This document shows, one piece after another, positions 33,262 through 35,621 of a DNA stretch of 35,621 bases; position 1 is the first letter of the stretch, and every line of letters starts with the position of its first letter. Source of the stretch: an uncultured Candidatus Saccharibacteria bacterium. Lineage in GTDB: Bacteria; Patescibacteriota; Saccharimonadia; Saccharimonadales; UBA10212. The notes beneath the pieces were generated by a model that worked only from the letters and a program-made list of their open reading frames with translations, did no database searches and was not told the DNA's origin. A program made the translations under genes and the position numbers. The DNA is taken from positions 1 through 35,621 of the forward strand of contig CAZXDA010000003.1 of the NCBI GenBank assembly GCA_964639445.1. The letters are read 5' to 3'.

Positions 33262-35529
33262 TTATACGCCCTCCCCCACTAGTTGCTTTTCGGCGCGCTT
33301 GAGTGATACGGCGTTGACCGCTACGAAGATTGAAGACATAGCCATCAAAAGCGCCGAAACTGCCGGTGGCAACTCAATCTTAAATGCCGGGTATAACACG
33401 CCGGCAGCAATTGGGATCGCCGCTAAGTTATAAACGCTGGCCCACGCCAGATTTTGTTTCATTTTGCGCACAGTGGCCTTACTCAACTTAATGGCGCTGA
33501 GTACATCCTTCGGATTAGACTTCATCAGTACTATTTTGGCGGTTTCAATGGCTACATCTGTTCCGGCGCCGATGGCTATACCTATATCGGCTTGAGCTAG
33601 GGCTGGCGCATCATTAACGCCGTCGCCGACCATCGCCGTAAATTTGCCTTCGTCTTGCAGTTTTTTGACGTATCTGGCTTTATCGGCCGGTAATACCTCA
33701 GCAAAGAACCTGTCTATTCCTAATTGTTTGGCGATAGCTGCAGCAGTTTGCTGGTTGTCGCCCGTAATCATAACAGTTTCTAGGCCCAGCTGCCTCATGG
33801 CGTCAATCGCCGGCTTGGCGCTGGCCTTTGGCGTATCGGCTGCGGCTATGGCTCCAGTCAGCTTACCGTCTACAGCCGCAATCATCAGAGTTTTACCTTC
33901 GTTTAACAACTTGGAGATTTCTGCCTGCAGCGGCGTTAGAGATACCTTGCGATCGTTCATCAACTTAACTGTACCGACTAGAACTTTTTTGCCGTCTACC
34001 AGTGCTTCCACGCCGTGGCCCTCGATATTGTTAAAGTTTTTTGGTTCTGGCACGGCCACTTTCATTTGGTCGGCAGCATCAAGCACTGCCTGAGCCAGTG
34101 GGTGGCTGGAAGCCGACTCAGCAGCAGCAACATAACGAACTAAATCCTGCTTGCTAATACTGCCGGCAACCATATCAGTGATTTTCGGTTTACCCCCTGT
34201 AAGCGTGCCGGTTTTGTCTAAAACCACGGCTTGGATTTTGCTGGTCTGCTCAAGCGTAGCCGCGTCTTTTATAAGGATATTATGCTTGGCACCCAGCCCC
34301 GTGCCAACGGCCACCGCTGTTGGCGTAGCCAAGCCCAAGGCGTCCGGGCAGGCGATCACTACTGTCGATATGGCGAAGCCAAGAACTGTCAGGAACGGCT
34401 GGTTGGAAAGCAGTGTCCAGACTATAAATGTAGTAAGGCCCGCCCCGACCGCCAGAATAACCAGATAGCCGGCAAACTTATCGGCCACTCGCTGGCCGGG
34501 AGCTTTAGAGTTTTGGGCCGTTTCCACCATTTTGACGATTTGGGCGAGAGCCGTGTCGCTGCCGACTTTGGTAGCCTTAAAGCGCACGGCGCCCGATTTA
34601 TTGATTGAGCCGCCGATTACCGGATCACCCGGCTTTTTATCTACCGGCAATGACTCGCCGGTCACCAGCGCCTCGTCGATTGATGTTTCGCCTTCTGTTA
34701 CCTCGCCATCCACCGGTACTTTATCGCCCGGTTTTAAAACTACAATGTCGCCAACCTTGACTTCGCTGGTCGATACCATAATCTCCTGGCCATCGCGCAG
34801 CAGACGGGCCTGCGGCGGCGTTAGATCAAACAGCGCTTGCAGGGCGTCGGTAGTACCGCGCCGGGACTTCATTTCCATCCAGTGACCAAACAGCACGAAG
34901 GTGATCAGAAAGGCCGCGGCGTCAAAATAGGTGTCTTTGCTGCCCGCAAAAGTCAAATACACGCTGGCAAAATAGGCCGCGCTAATGCCGACGGCAATCA
35001 GCACGGCCATGTTGAGAATTCTATCTTTCAGCGCGTAATAAGTGGAGTACAGGAATATCCAGCCAGCGTAGAAAAATACCGGCGTGGTCAGGATCAGCGA
35101 GATCCAATTAGCCGGTCCGGGCGGCTGCAGGCCAAGTTTGTCGCCCAGAGGCGAGTACAGCACGATCGGCAAGGTCAAAATCAACGAAAAGAAGAACTTG
35201 CCTCTGATGTCGAGCTCCATCATTTTAGCCATCTCGCGGCCAGCTAGTCCGGTATGGTCCATGCCCATGGTCATAGTCATGCTCATTTTGAACTTTTGCC
35301 AGCGAGTCATTTTGCCGCTCATCACCATAGCGTGACCGTCATGCTCCTGATGCTGAGCCCCCATAGCCGGTTCGTAACCTATATCAACGAGGTCTCCCGG
35401 CTTGATTTTTTTAGGCTCAAGCGCCATGCCGCACTTTGGGCAGCGTCCTTCTTCCTGGCTAATAACCTCCGGATGCATCGGGCAACTATAAACGACCCTT
35501 TTATGATTATGGTTGTGGTTTTCATCCAT
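33262..35529 (-). CDS. Heavy-metal (Cu-type) translocating P1B-type ATPase with an N-terminal CPMHPE..CPKCGM metal-binding domain
   Basis: 'DKTGTLT' phosphorylation site, 'TGES' actuator motif, 'GDGVNDAPAL' hinge. TM motifs 'NLAWASVYNLAAIP' (N-x6-YN-x4-P) and 'P-x6-MAMSS'. The TM4 motif reads CPD. N-terminus 'YSCPMHPEVISQEEGRCPKCGMAL' followed by a Met/His-rich linker. I prefer the ATG at 35529 (GAGAGGG upstream) over the track's TTG at 35535. Confidence 0.95.
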   Translation of the reverse strand: MDENHNHNHKRVVYSCPMHPEVISQEEGRCPKCGMALEPKKIKPGDLVDIGYEPAMGAQHQEHDGHAMVMSGKMTRWQKFKMSMTMTMGMDHTGLAGREMAKMMELDIRGKFFFSLILTLPIVLYSPLGDKLGLQPPGPANWISLILTTPVFFYAGWIFLYSTYYALKDRILNMAVLIAVGISAAYFASVYLTFAGSKDTYFDAAAFLITFVLFGHWMEMKSRRGTTDALQALFDLTPPQARLLRDGQEIMVSTSEVKVGDIVVLKPGDKVPVDGEVTEGETSIDEALVTGESLPVDKKPGDPVIGGSINKSGAVRFKATKVGSDTALAQIVKMVETAQNSKAPGQRVADKFAGYLVILAVGAGLTTFIVWTLLSNQPFLTVLGFAISTVVIACPDALGLATPTAVAVGTGLGAKHNILIKDAATLEQTSKIQAVVLDKTGTLTGGKPKITDMVAGSISKQDLVRYVAAAESASSHPLAQAVLDAADQMKVAVPEPKNFNNIEGHGVEALVDGKKVLVGTVKLMNDRKVSLTPLQAEISKLLNEGKTLMIAAVDGKLTGAIAAADTPKASAKPAIDAMRQLGLETVMITGDNQQTAAAIAKQLGIDRFFAEVLPADKARYVKKLQDEGKFTAMVGDGVNDAPALAQADIGIAIGAGTDVAIETAKIVLMKSNPKDVLSAIKLSKATVRKMKQNLAWASVYNLAAIPIAAGVLYPAFKIELPPAVSALLMAMSSIFVAVNAVSLKRAEKQLVGEGV

Positions 35530-35621
35530 AGGCAATCCCTCTCTCTTAATTCTACAGGTTTAACAGCCCTTCGAACGATGGTTGTGGCCAATGGCCTGGC
35601 TCTGGCTTTATTTCGCTGGAT

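Noticed and set aside
30416-35529. The metal cluster as a genomic island integrated at tRNA-Ala.
   Set aside because: There is no integrase or recombinase, and I could find no direct repeat of the tRNA 3' end. The cluster abuts the 5' side of the tRNA rather than the usual 3' side. I saw no obvious compositional break by eye.
35379-35621. A 70-aa minus-strand ORF overlaps the ATPase 5' end. A second frame is open to the window edge (..SSEIKPEPGHWPQPSFEGLLNL*, stop at 35552-35554) and could be the 3' end of an upstream gene.
   Set aside because: The first overlaps 150 nt of a confident CDS in another frame. The second is only 22 codons with no recognisable features, so it cannot be supported from this window alone.

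Overview
This is a 35.6-kb chromosomal segment from a compact, gene-dense bacterial genome. It uses the standard genetic code: TGA is a stop at atpG, atpD and the AMP-ligase gene. Many gene junctions are ATGA/TAATG overlaps.

Layout:
- (i) 1-4.8 kb: the F1 half of an F-type ATP synthase operon (atpF'-H-A-G-D-C).
- (ii) 5-12.7 kb: a membrane-anchored alpha/beta hydrolase, an adenylate-forming enzyme translationally coupled to an OpgC-like membrane acyltransferase, a short sigma-70, tRNA-Gln(CUG), a DUF1345-like protein, a Mn-type SOD and trmD.
- (iii) 13.2-22.8 kb: one long minus-strand housekeeping array (a/b hydrolase, murF, ddl, leuS, rpmF, nusB, Nudix, rnc, rpsP, KH protein).
- (iv) 22.8-30.4 kb: a 1867-aa surface protein followed directly by a MacB/FtsX-type ABC ATPase and permease.
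- (v) tRNA-Ala(GGC).
- (vi) 30.5-35.5 kb: a copper-type metal homeostasis cluster (P1B ATPase, YHS, DUF2892-, DUF2933- and DUF3105-like proteins, Met-rich protein).

I saw no rRNA, CRISPR array, transposase or integrase. The short sigma factor, the giant LamG/propeller/FN3 protein and the tailed ribosomal proteins suggest a Patescibacteria/CPR-like (possibly Saccharibacteria-like) organism, but that is inference only.

Most unusual observations:
- a Nudix-like domain nested inside leucyl-tRNA synthetase;
- a 14-blade repeat array nested inside a LamG fold in the giant protein, which is coupled to a MacB-type ABC system;
- a MurF whose N-terminal domain is replaced by transmembrane helices;
- recurrent 7-nt tandem repeat arrays in both intergenic and coding DNA;
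- a 178-nt structured atpG-atpD spacer with mutually exclusive pairings over the atpD ribosome-binding site;
- a P1B ATPase with a CPD rather than CPC/CPH transmembrane motif.

All family assignments come from motif reading by eye. No database search was run.
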